The notes under the pieces: model-generated
What the model was told of the DNA's origin: nothing
Databases searched by the model: none
The model's input: only the letters and a program-made list of their open reading frames with translations
Assembly: GCA_043732485.1 (NCBI GenBank)
Contig: JAYTHP010000114.1
Span: forward strand, 10,006-74,005
Source of the DNA: Oligoflexia bacterium
GTDB taxonomy: Bacteria > Bdellovibrionota > UBA1018
Direction of reading: 5' to 3'
DNA length: 64,000 nt
Program-made: the position numbers and the translations under genes
Shown here: positions 1 to 9,891 of the stretch, in pieces
Position numbering within the stretch: the stretch's first letter is position 1
Layout of the letters: the number at the start of each line of letters is the position of its first letter

Positions 1-1
1 T

Positions 2-127
2 TACGACAACAATGCCTGGCAGGCCGTGCGCCGCAAACAGCCGTTACCGCTCGCTTTTCCCCATTCCAAGTCGACCCAAAATCTTGAAAACATCGTCAAT
101 TGCATTCTTCCTCCAGGAAAAAAATGA
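2..127 (+). CDS. 3' end of a MinD/ParA (FlhG-like) ATPase, partial
   Basis: Frame 2 reads YDNNAWQAVRRKQPLPLAFPHSKSTQNLENIVNCILPPGKK*, resembling the MinD/FlhG C-terminus. The TGA overlaps the next ATG (ATGA at 124-127). Not in the ORF track. Confidence 0.7.
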   Translation, partial: YDNNAWQAVRRKQPLPLAFPHSKSTQNLENIVNCILPPGKK

Positions 128-1125
128 CGCTCTACAACGAAGCCACCCTTTACGAAATCCTTGATATCCACAACACCGCCTCCTCGCAGGAGGTCAGGTA
201 CGGCTATCTGAAAAGCAAATCGGTGTTTCAAAAAGACAGTCTAGCCACCTACACCCTGATTTCCCGCGAAGAACGCGAGCAGGCGCTGGCCAAAATTGAA
301 GAAGCCTATCTCGTCTTAACCGATCCCAAACTGCGCCACGAGTACGATCATCGCTGTAAGTTCTTAGAAGAAGAGGACTTCTTCACCCCCCCACAACCAG
401 AAACTCAGCTCGGACCCTCAGGCCCGCTCAGTCATCCCTTCGCGCTTGCGTCAAACCCCGCGTCCGCCGAGCCTCGGTCGCAATCCTCAAGCGCGCTGAC
501 CGTTCAAGACCCCTTTAGCATCGGTGATTTTTCGCTTGCCAGCTGCCAACCCCTTTCCGAGGCCTTCCTCATTGCCCCAAGCACCGACGCCAACCACTTT
601 CCTGCCATCGCACCCCCGCCCTCGGTGTCCCTCAACGACAGCGACAGCAGCAGTAGCACCACCACCTATCCCGCCACAACTCGGCCGCCGCAGCATCCCA
701 CCTCACTCAGTGCCTACGCATCACCCTACAGCGATGAGGGTGATCAAGCGTTTGCTCGCAACTCCAAAAATTTCTCAGAGCCGTTCCCCACGCAAACTGC
801 TACCGCCACCACCGACAACGACGACTCCCCCTTTGCATCGGCTGCGGCTTCCTCCCCGGTCCTGCCACCTGCTTTTGATGCCAGCTTACCTTGGACCGGC
901 AACCAACTGAAACTCAGCCGCATTGCCGCCAAATTATCGGTCGAAGAACTCAACGCCACCACCAAAATCCCGAAACACTATATCTTGGCGCTAGAAAATG
1001 AGCACTTCTCAAAGCTCCCAGCCAGGGTCTATGTGCGGGGTTTTGTCATCCAAATTGCAAAAACTCTCCGCCTACCGCAGGAAAGAGTAGTTCTTGAGTA
1101 CTTATCGCGCTATAACCCAGCTTGA
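124..1125 (+). CDS. J-domain-like protein with C-terminal RodZ-type HTH
   Basis: N-terminal LYEILDI...IEEAYLVLTDP..R.EYD without an HPD motif. Long P/S/T linker. C-terminal LENEHFSKLPARVYVRGFV (HTH_25-like). Confidence 0.8.
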   Translation: MTLYNEATLYEILDIHNTASSQEVRYGYLKSKSVFQKDSLATYTLISREEREQALAKIEEAYLVLTDPKLRHEYDHRCKFLEEEDFFTPPQPETQLGPSGPLSHPFALASNPASAEPRSQSSSALTVQDPFSIGDFSLASCQPLSEAFLIAPSTDANHFPAIAPPPSVSLNDSDSSSSTTTYPATTRPPQHPTSLSAYASPYSDEGDQAFARNSKNFSEPFPTQTATATTDNDDSPFASAAASSPVLPPAFDASLPWTGNQLKLSRIAAKLSVEELNATTKIPKHYILALENEHFSKLPARVYVRGFVIQIAKTLRLPQERVVLEYLSRYNPA

Positions 1126-1126
1126 G

Positions 1127-2221
1127 ATGACTGAAGAAACAAAAATACTGACTTGGATCGTTCCCGCCGCAGCCGGCCCTGAAACCCCCAACGCAACTGG
1201 AGAAAACGACCCTCCTCCTACGACAACGACGCCTCCCTTGCGCGCGGATTTAGCGCTTTTTCAAGCCTTAAAACTTCCTTCCTTGCTGGAAGAAACGCAC
1301 TTCAGTCGCAATCAACTGAAAAATTTGATGCTTGCCCAGAAAATCACTCGTAACGGGCGTCCCCTCAAGCCCCACCAACTGCTAGTGCCAGGTGACGTGA
1401 TTCGGCTGGAAATTCCACCGCTTACCTCGCTGACGCTGATCCCCGAAGAAGGCGCACTGGACATTCTCTTTGAAGATTCCGACCTACTGGTGATCAATAA
1501 GCCGCCAGGCCTCACCGTCCATCCCTCCCCCACGCAACTCACGGGCACCCTAGTGCACCGGCTGTTGTACCAAATTCACGACTTAAGCGGGATTGGCGGG
1601 GTCGCACGCCCGGGGATCGTGCACCGACTGGATAAAAACACTAGCGGAGCGTTAGTCATCTCCAAGTCCGACCGCGCGCACTTGAAACTATCGGCCGCTT
1701 TTGCGGCCCACACCATTGAGCGCAAGTACTGGGCCTTATGCTACGGCGCGCCCTCGGACCCGGAAACCTTCAAAAAACCACTCGAAATCCGCACCCAAAT
1801 CGGTCGGCACCCCAGCGAACGCACCAAGATGTCGATCCACCCAAAAAACTCGCGCAGCAGGCTTGCCATCAGCCAGGTGCAATCGCGCCTCCATTTTGCT
1901 TTACCCCAGAAAAAACCCTTTGCTTCCTGGCTGGAAGTCAGCCTGCAAACCGGCCGTACCCACCAAGTGCGGGTACACTTGCAAAGCGCCGGACACGCGA
2001 TCCTGGGCGACCCCCTGTACGGCACGCCCACGACGCGTGATCCGAAGTGGAAGCAACTGCCGCGCGCCATTCAAGAAGCCATCGAACAGCTGCCCGGTCA
2101 AGCGCTCCATGCCCGGGTGTTAGGCTTCGAGCACCCAGTGAGCGGCAAAGCTCTCCGTTTTGAAGCAAGTCCACCGGCTGCCTTCCAAAACCTCCTCACT
2201 TTGTGCCAGCAGTTTATGTGA
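1127..2221 (+). CDS. rluD: RluA-family pseudouridine synthase with S4-like domain (RluD-like)
   Basis: VINKPPGLTVHP, GIVHRLDKNTSG (catalytic Asp), TGRTHQVRVH, GDPLYG, QALHARVLGFEHP. Confidence 0.93.
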   Translation: MTEETKILTWIVPAAAGPETPNATGENDPPPTTTTPPLRADLALFQALKLPSLLEETHFSRNQLKNLMLAQKITRNGRPLKPHQLLVPGDVIRLEIPPLTSLTLIPEEGALDILFEDSDLLVINKPPGLTVHPSPTQLTGTLVHRLLYQIHDLSGIGGVARPGIVHRLDKNTSGALVISKSDRAHLKLSAAFAAHTIERKYWALCYGAPSDPETFKKPLEIRTQIGRHPSERTKMSIHPKNSRSRLAISQVQSRLHFALPQKKPFASWLEVSLQTGRTHQVRVHLQSAGHAILGDPLYGTPTTRDPKWKQLPRAIQEAIEQLPGQALHARVLGFEHPVSGKALRFEASPPAAFQNLLTLCQQFM

Positions 2222-2423
2222 GTCTGCGAGAGCGTGAGAGAGCAAGCGCGAACAAAAGCGATCTCAAGATAAGGGATTGAGGCAGAGGAAAACGCGGGGT
2301 CACAATAGGCCCTTGCTAGGCACCAAGGTAGGGCGAGAGATTGCCGCTCCTGCCTAGATGCAGATCGCGGAGATGCACATCTCATGCCCCACACTATCCT
2401 AAGGATCTCCCCTCCCCAGGAAC

Positions 2424-2451
2424 TTGCAGAAAATTAAACAAATAGTATATT
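2424..2451 (+). promoter_or_regulatory. possible sigma70-type promoter
   Basis: TTGCAG-16 bp-TATATT in an AT-rich patch just upstream of the antitoxin remnant. Confidence 0.3.
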
Positions 2452-2470
2452 ATCTACAATGAAGAGATAA

Positions 2471-2661
2471 GTGGTGAAAGAGACTCCTAGCATCAATAAC
2501 CAGCCTCAGAAAACTTTAAAAGTAAGGGGTTGCAAAAAAAGATCTTCTTTTGCGACCTGAACACAAGCTTTTTGGCTTTAAGAAATGATCAAGTAGCCTG
2601 GCAAGAAGAGGTAGCTGAGCGTGCACTGTGGGACCAGACGCTGCTTGATGGTCAAAAGTAA
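2471..2661 (+). pseudogene. remnant of a type II toxin-antitoxin antitoxin
   Basis: 2542-2661 reads IFFCDLNTSFLALRNDQVAWQEEVAERALWDQTLLDGQK*, resembling the C-terminus of small antitoxins found with PemK/MazF toxins. The putative N-terminus is in another frame and no toxin gene follows. Confidence 0.55.
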
Positions 2662-2919
2662 CCAAGAAAACCGACAACCAACCATGAAGCACGCGCTACC
2701 GCTGGCCCTTAAGAGTCGAGACTTCAGGGTTCTGTCGGGCGGCCAAGCCAAACAAGTGGCAAATGCCCCCTTTCGATGAAGAGGTATGGATTGAAGGTGT
2801 GTGCATTGATGAGAGCAAAATTTTGATCTTTCAAGTGCCAAACGCGCCAAGAAGCACCCTAACCCCTTGCGGTTTCTACTGGCTTTTTTCGCCCGAACCG
2901 GCGATCACTCAGCACCAGT

Positions 2920-4392
2920 ATGAGAATCCCGACGCTTCAGCACCCTTTGCTCCATTTTTTTCTCTGCCTTCTCGGCGTGCTCACCTTACCTCAACCAGTC
3001 GAGGCGGGCGCGACCTTCTCGCAGCCTGACCCGCGACCGCCGCCCCTCATTCATCTACCTACTTTTGCAACCCCAGAAACTCACGGGCTAGGTACCGCTG
3101 GCAATGCCTTGACTGAAATGCCTGGAAACCCCTTAAGAAACATCGCAGCCTTCTTAGACCCGCAATCTTTTATCCATCTCACGCTTTGCTCTTCGCACTT
3201 TCCACAGCAACTGACCCTCACTCCCGATGATATTATCTACCGCAGACGGCATTGGCTAGGACCAGCTTTTGGACGTGCGACAGTTGACCTACCCACAATT
3301 TCTCAAGCAAAACTTCCGAGAACCTAAGAAAAGGCTGCCTTATTGCTCAAACGCCGTGAGACTTTAGCTCGCTGACCTGGCAGAGCTCGATCACTTCCTA
3401 CAATCCGAGGCAGCAGGGCATTTTACCCGGGTGGCCTTCCGCTTTCAGGCTCACCCCGCCCCCGCAATTCCTGAAACAACCTGGAATCTTTTTCCACGCC
3501 TCACGCATGCCGTGGAATTAGACTTAGCCGTGAACCAACCTGGACCCGCCAGGGCCAGCGGACTGGCCAAAGTCCTCCCCCAGAGGGCACTGAAGACCCT
3601 TAACCTCGAAGGTAACCGGATTGGCCCCCAAGGAGCGCAAAGTCTCACCTTGGGCTTACCACAGACAGCTCTCACAGCGCTCAACCTTACCGTTAATCAA
3701 ATCGGCACCCCAGGCGTCAAAGACCTCTCCCGAGAGGCTCTTCTTGACGCCTCTGCAATCGTTCAATCTCATGGGTAACGCGATTACCGCCGCAGGTGCC
3801 ACCTTCCTTGCTCAAACGTTAATTGCATCTGACCTCACCGACTTGAACTCAAGGTTCAATAATTTGCCGCTTGCAGTCAAAAAAATACAGCTCAGAGCTC
3901 TACCCCAAACAAGAATAGAGAGCCCTCCACTGCTGTCGATCCATCCTCCCGAGATCCATCTACCCAAGGAAAAGCTACTCAACGAGTGCTCTGATGGCAA
4001 TGATGATGGATCTTTACCAATATCGAGACTATTTTTTTACTCTCTATTTAAGTTTTAGCCGCCTCAGCCAGAGCGCTGCAACCCAACTGACTGGCCAGTT
4101 GCGAAATTTACCCCGTTTCCGCTATCTCAATTTTCAGGGTTGCCGATTTCAGGGCAACGGCCTGAAATAAATGATTCAAAAAATCGCTGACGTACCTCTT
4201 CTCAGGAGCCTGGATTTAAGCGAAACTGGCGGTACACTAGACGAGGTCTGCTTATTGATGGAGCGCTTTTCAGGGACCCACCCAGCGTTCGCGCTTGATC
4301 TTGCTGGGAACGGACTTAGCCAGATTGCCCAACACTTCATCAGGCGAATCGCGCCTCCTCACTGGCACATCACCTTTGAGTCTTTATTTTGA
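2920..4392 (+). pseudogene. signal peptide + F-box-like + RI-type LRR protein, copy A (multiple frameshifts and stops)
   Basis: ORF fragments 2920-3327, 3431-3778, 3621-4058 and 4171-4392. F-box-like LTEMPGNPLRNIAAFLDPQSFIHLTLCSSHF. LRRs such as LKTLNLEGNRIGPQGAQSL. Colinear with copy B. Confidence 0.8.
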
Positions 4393-4766
4393 ACCGCACA
4401 TCCTCCTATTGCCGCGCTCGCCCTCCCGCCCTAAACCGCAGCCAATTTTCCTGTGAGTGCAAGACTAAGAGCGTAAGGACTGTGAGTGCTGGGGTGCTGC
4501 TTCAACGTCACCCCCTCAGAATTGCTGCTCTGCCTGTCACAGGCGATGCCTTTTTTACGCCCTTGCTTGTGTTGACTAACAGCGTTCGTAGAAGACTCGC
4601 TCGCGTGTCGTCGTCGTCGTCGTCCTATCCCTTTCGGGACAAAACCCCGGGCATCCCGCGTAAGCCCTTGACCCTCTGACAAAGCCTAAACTTAGGCTGC
4701 AAACAACCATCTGTTGCCCTTCTCTTTCTTCTGGCTTTTTGCGCTCGACTCTTCAATAATAAAAAT

Positions 4767-6205
4767 ATAAATTTACTTAAACTTCAACAGCCCTTGCTTA
4801 TTTTTTGCCTCAGCCTGGTCTATACACTTAGAGTCTTGCAAGCCGCCTAAGCAGGGGTAGCATTCTCGCAGCCTAAATCCCAGCTTCCGGCAAACCCCCT
4901 CCCGCTCGCTGGAGTCACTGACTTGACTCAATTACCTGGAGCATTGCTCAGAGCCCTGGCGGCTGACTTAAACCCGAAATCCTTTCTCCATCTCATGCTT
5001 TGCTCTTCGCACTTGACACAACAACTGACGCTAGCCAATCCCGATATTGCCTACCGAAGACAACATGGCCAGGAACAGCTCTCAGATGTGCAATAGTTGA
5101 CCTACCAGCAATTTCTTAGGCAAAACACCCGTGCCCCTACAGCAAGGCTGCCTTATTTCTCAAACGCCGTGAAACTTGAGTTCGCTGACCTGGCCGAGCT
5201 CGATCACTTTTTACTATCCGAGGCAGCAGGGCATTTTCCCCGGGTGGCTATTCGCTTGCGAGCGACCACCGACGGACCCGATGAGATCCCTGAGGCAACC
5301 TGGAATCCTTTTCCTCGCCTCACGCACGCCGTGGAATTAGACCTAGCCGTGAATAGACTTAGAGCCACCAGGGTCAGTCGAATGGCCAAAGTGCTCCCCC
5401 AGATGCCATTGAAAACCCTTTGACCTCGGAACTAACCAGAAGAGGCCGCAAGGAGCGCAACATCTCGCCTTAGCCCTGCCGCGAACCTCGCTCACCTCAC
5501 TTACCCTTGACTTCCATGAAATTGGCGATGCAGGCGTCAAAGACCTGTCACGAGTACTTTTCCTGACCCATCTCCAATCGCTCAATCTCCTGCACAGCGG
5601 GATCACCAAAACAGGGGCAACCTTCCTCGCTCAAAGCTTGATTCATTCAGAGACCTCGCATCCGTGGACTTGCGGTGGAATCCATTTTCCCATGCAAGGA
5701 CACTCTTTCGCTAGCTGCCGCAAGTAAAAACTGGCTGACCCACCTTGCAATTGAAAGATTCAAGGGCTTGTCTACCAAATTTCCTCCTCCCCGCACGCGC
5801 ATCGAGGATCAAGAAATGGAGCTAATCAGCAAGCAATCTAAATATGCAGATCGTGATTTGATCGTCTCCCTCGATCACTGTTTGATCAGTCAAAAATCCG
5901 CAACCCAACTTGCTAGTCAGTTTCTAAATTCACCTTTTCTCACTGGGCTCAGTCTAAACGATAGCCGCCTGCAAGGTAACGGCTTGCCGAAAATTAATAA
6001 AAAATTAAATGACATACCTCAACTCGTACTGCTCTATTTAAACAATGCTGGGATTACGCTTGCTGAGGTAGATTTATTAATTGAGTGCTTGCGACTGCCC
6101 CACTATCTCCTCATCTTTTTGCGCCTTGAGAAGAACGGCTTCAGCCCGGCTGAGCAATTCCTCATTCGACGAGCCGCGCCTTCCGATTGGCAGATCACTC
6201 TTTAA
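4767..6205 (+). pseudogene. signal peptide + F-box-like + RI-type LRR protein, copy B
   Basis: Start apparently mutated to ATA (4767). F-box-like LTQLPGALLRALAADLNPKSFLHLMLCSSHL. In-frame TAG at 5094 where the intact homolog has Trp. Frameshifts near 5420 and 5650. C-terminus IRRAAPSDWQITL matches copy A IRRIAPPHWHITF. Confidence 0.8.
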
Positions 6206-6245
6206 AGCGTCGCCACTACAAAATCACCTTGCCCGACCACCCGCC

Positions 6246-7151
6246 TCAAACCGCGCTCCCTGTGAGCGCAATGACGGAGAGCTGGCGCTGCTTTGACAGA
6301 CTCCCCGGCAAGTGAGTAGCTAAGTCAACAGTAGAATGATTGCTGCTGCTTGCCACGACCGTCTGCTGCTGCCCTTGCCTGCGATAACTGTGATAGCGGT
6401 AGGCGCGCTCGTCGTTTTGCGCTCCCTCCTGGGGATCGTGATTCTGGCGCCCACCCTCGCTGCCCATGGCGTTGCCGCTGAGCCTCCTACTCACCACTGC
6501 TCGCTGTTTCGTGCAGCACGTGCACTCTGAGTTCACCTCCACTGCCGCAAACCCTATGCGACGCAGTTGCTCTGCCTGAATAGCGCGCAAATCCAACCGA
6601 AAACCCTGCTCAACCTGGGCAGGCGGCTGGACCCAGGCTGGGAATTGCGCATGAAACTGATAGAATAAGTCTTGGCTCACAACGTAACAGCAAGGACCAA
6701 TGGCAGGGCCTAGGGCCGCCACAAAGTTTTTCGCTTGAAAGCCTTGTTGCTCGAGCTCTGCCCAGACCTTGCAGGCAATCTGAGCGAGCGTCCCGCGCCA
6801 GCCGGCATGAACCGCGACCACCGCTTGAGCCCGCACGTCTGCAAGCAAGAGGGGCACACAATCCGCAGTCACCACCGCTACCGGACAATACACGCGCCTG
6901 CTCCACAAGGCATCGACTGTCCCGCACTCCTGCCGACTCTGGGTCACTTCCACGAGCGCCGTGCCGTGCACTTGCTCCCAGCTCGGTTTGTGCTCTGCCC
7001 AGAACATCGGATCCATGAAGGGCGCAAGTGGACGGGGCAGCGGTTGTTGGAGGGTGCCAAAATAGTGCTGCACGCCCGGGATCTCCGAGAGCAGCGGACT
7101 GGAGTAAGACAGCGCAGGGGGACAGTGGGGTGGGGAAGGGATCGTCAGCAC
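6246..7151 (-). CDS. pgeF: peptidoglycan editing factor PgeF / YfiH laccase-domain protein
   Basis: QVHG, TADCVPLL, VHAGWRG, GPAIGPCCY, SYRR motifs. Confidence 0.9.
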   Translation of the reverse strand: MLTIPSPPHCPPALSYSSPLLSEIPGVQHYFGTLQQPLPRPLAPFMDPMFWAEHKPSWEQVHGTALVEVTQSRQECGTVDALWSRRVYCPVAVVTADCVPLLLADVRAQAVVAVHAGWRGTLAQIACKVWAELEQQGFQAKNFVAALGPAIGPCCYVVSQDLFYQFHAQFPAWVQPPAQVEQGFRLDLRAIQAEQLRRIGFAAVEVNSECTCCTKQRAVVSRRLSGNAMGSEGGRQNHDPQEGAQNDERAYRYHSYRRQGQQQTVVASSSNHSTVDLATHLPGSLSKQRQLSVIALTGSAV

Positions 7152-7260
7152 GGGGGGCTTCTCCTTGGATTCTACTTCTTTTGGTTCTACTTCTTTTGGT
7201 TTTCAAAGCGGCGTCTCACGACCCGGCCCCTGAAGCGCGCAGCGTGGAAGCTCGCCCCGA

Positions 7261-8991
7261 TCACGGGTCTTGAGCAAACGTTAAGTGCTCGAAATCCAGC
7301 ATCCCAAAGGGGTTCAGCTTCAAGTTTTCAATGCGTTTGGCCGCGCCTAGGGTTTGGACGTAATGATACAACGGCACGACGATCGCCTGCTCGCGCAAGA
7401 TCTGTTGCGCTGCCTGAATTTTCTGCACTCTTGCTGGCCCGGGCTCAAGGCTTGCGACTTCTTCCACCAGCTGATCGTAGGCGCTGTTGGACCAGCCTGA
7501 GAAGTTATTGGGATTGTGGCTGGTAAAGACCTGTAAATGAGACAGCGGATCGTGAATCGGCGCAAGCCAGGCCATGCGATACAAGGTCGGCGGATCGTCG
7601 GAGGCCAGTCGCGCCAGATAACTCTTCCAGTCCCAGTGCTGCAGCGTGATCTTCCAGTGCAATTCTTTGGCCAGGTCGGCTTGCACTTTTTCCATGATGC
7701 GAGAATTGCGGGCAGAGGAATCAAATCCCGCCACCAGCTCAGGAAAATTCATTCGCGCGGCTGGGGTTTGCGCCATATCGTGTAGCGCTTCGTGCGCCGT
7801 TTCGTGCAAGAGTGACCGCCAGGGTGCCTCGTTTTGATAGCCCTCCAGGCCTGGTGGGATCCAGCTCCACGCCGGCAGTTCTCCTGAGCCCAAAATATCG
7901 ACAATTTCTTGACGGTGAATGGCAGACGCGACGGCTTGGCGCAGCGGCAACTGATTCATGGGGGCTTTCCGTACGTTGAAGCTCAGATAAAAGGTCGCAA
8001 AAAAGGGAAAGACCCGCAAATGACCGTCCTGGCGCAGACGCGGCAAATCAAAAGCAGAGACCCGGGTCATTAAATCGACCTGCCCTTGCAGGAAAAGCGC
8101 CATGGCGGTGGTGTCCTCAGCAATGACTTTCAGTTGAATTTCGTCCATTGCTAAGCCAACGACACCCGCATACAGCCGATAATGGGGGTTGCGCCGTAAG
8201 ATAAAGTTTTGCTCCCAACGATGCAAAACGATCTGAAAAGCCCCCATCACCGGTGCCTCTTCAGGCCAAAGTCCTTGCGCTTGCTCAAGAATCGCTGGAC
8301 GCAGCGGAAAGGCAGGCGGCAGGGTCAGGGCATGCAAAAAAGACGGCTGCGCGTGCTCCAAACGCACAATCAGCTGATCGTTTTCTTCAAAAACCCCTAA
8401 CGCCGAAAGCGGCAACTGACCCGCCCGAATGGCTTTTAGCCCCTCAATCACCTCAAACAGCGGCAACAGCTTACTCACCTTACGACCATCGGCAAGCCTT
8501 TGAAAAGCGGCAATAAAATCACTGATTTGCAACCCGACACCGTCCGACCAGCAAGCACCGGGCTTCAAACGAAAGGCGTAGCGTTTGCCTTGCTCACTGA
8601 CCGAATAATGCTCAGCCAACTCGCGGCGCAACAACCCTGCGGCGTCATAGCCCACTAGCCCTAATGAAGTGAAATGCAACATCTGCAAGGCCACGCCGTC
8701 TTCTGCTAACAACGGATCTAAGCTCACCGGCTCGTAAGGAATCTGGATCCGCAGGGTTTTTTTCATCCGCTCGGCTTGCCCCGACCACCCTGGAGCGTTC
8801 CACCAAGACAGCGGCCACGGCTTGCGCCCTTCCCACCAACGCCCACCGCCGACGACGCCGCCCACACCCAAGATCAGCAGCCCAAGCAAAACGAGCAGCC
8901 GCAGCGTTCCAGACCCACGACCACCCCCCCCTGGGGCTAACGCTGCTACTGCTACTGCTGCTGCCTGATTTTTTCCGGGGAAGCCCAGCAC
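7261..8991 (-). CDS. oppA: peptide ABC transporter substrate-binding protein (OppA/family 5)
   Basis: EPVSLDP, YAFRLKPGACWSDG, LRQAVASAIHRQEIV, NFSGWSNSAYDQLV. GTG at 8991 preceded by AGAGGAG. Confidence 0.88.
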   Translation of the reverse strand: MLGFPGKNQAAAVAVAALAPGGGGRGSGTLRLLVLLGLLILGVGGVVGGGRWWEGRKPWPLSWWNAPGWSGQAERMKKTLRIQIPYEPVSLDPLLAEDGVALQMLHFTSLGLVGYDAAGLLRRELAEHYSVSEQGKRYAFRLKPGACWSDGVGLQISDFIAAFQRLADGRKVSKLLPLFEVIEGLKAIRAGQLPLSALGVFEENDQLIVRLEHAQPSFLHALTLPPAFPLRPAILEQAQGLWPEEAPVMGAFQIVLHRWEQNFILRRNPHYRLYAGVVGLAMDEIQLKVIAEDTTAMALFLQGQVDLMTRVSAFDLPRLRQDGHLRVFPFFATFYLSFNVRKAPMNQLPLRQAVASAIHRQEIVDILGSGELPAWSWIPPGLEGYQNEAPWRSLLHETAHEALHDMAQTPAARMNFPELVAGFDSSARNSRIMEKVQADLAKELHWKITLQHWDWKSYLARLASDDPPTLYRMAWLAPIHDPLSHLQVFTSHNPNNFSGWSNSAYDQLVEEVASLEPGPARVQKIQAAQQILREQAIVVPLYHYVQTLGAAKRIENLKLNPFGMLDFEHLTFAQDP

Positions 8992-9057
8992 TTTCGCTCC
9001 TCTTTTTATGCCAGCATGGTATGTTTTAAAAATATGCTCTCCCTTACTTCTTCGGTC

Positions 9058-9891
9058 ATGCAAAATTTAACGGATAACCTCACCCATCTCCTGCAACTCG
9101 ATGGGCAAATCGGCGGACAGGCGGCCTCAGGATTCACGCTCGCCCAACTCAGCTTGGCGATGGTTTTCGCCTATGGTGGTGGTATTCTCTCAAGCCTCAC
9201 GCCTTGTGTCTACCCCTTATTACCCATCACTCTCAGCATGATAGGAGGGGTAGAAAAGCAAAGTTGGCGTGAGATTGCAAGCCGCAGCCTGAGTTATATT
9301 TTAGGGATGACGGTGGTTTATGCCTCTTTAGGGGTTTTAGCCGGGCTGACGGGGAAGGTCTTTGGCAGTCTCACCCAAGGGGCGACCAGTTACTTCCTCT
9401 TAGGGATCATCATGACAGCTGCCGCCCTTTTGATGCTCGAAGTCCTAAGCTGGGATCCCTCGCAGTGGGGGAGCAAGCTGCTGGCACTGGTGAAAGCGCC
9501 GTTCACTCGCAAACCCACACTCACCTCACCTGCCGCCACCCCCCCCCTCCTCCTCACCCCCAAAGGTCCTGCAGGGAAGAAGAGCGTTTTTCTGCTCGGT
9601 TGCTCCTCAGGATTTATTGCAGCCCCCTGCACCACCCCGATTTTAACAGTGATTTTAAGCTTTATTGCCAAAACCCAATCCGCAGTTTTTGGTTTTCTCC
9701 TGATGTTTGCTTTTTCCTGGGGCTTAGGCACGATCTTGCTTGCCATCACGATGGTGGGCGGCGCCTTGCACATCTTGCCCCGATCCGGTCCATGGTTACA
9801 AACCTTGCGCATCGGGAGCGGGCTTTTACTGCTCTTTTTTGCCGAATACCTGTTCTATTTCGCAGGCCGCATGGGAGGCGTGGTTCAGTGA
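9058..9891 (+). CDS. ccdA: CcdA / DsbD-beta transmembrane electron transporter
   Basis: SLTPCVYPLLP and AAPCTTP cysteine pair, LPRSGPW, multiple TM segments. Confidence 0.88.
   Translation: MQNLTDNLTHLLQLDGQIGGQAASGFTLAQLSLAMVFAYGGGILSSLTPCVYPLLPITLSMIGGVEKQSWREIASRSLSYILGMTVVYASLGVLAGLTGKVFGSLTQGATSYFLLGIIMTAAALLMLEVLSWDPSQWGSKLLALVKAPFTRKPTLTSPAATPPLLLTPKGPAGKKSVFLLGCSSGFIAAPCTTPILTVILSFIAKTQSAVFGFLLMFAFSWGLGTILLAITMVGGALHILPRSGPWLQTLRIGSGLLLLFFAEYLFYFAGRMGGVVQ

Noticed and set aside
5675..5740. Second internal F-box (DTLSLAAASKNW)
   Set aside because: It lies at a frameshift junction and has no counterpart in copy A, so it is probably coincidental.
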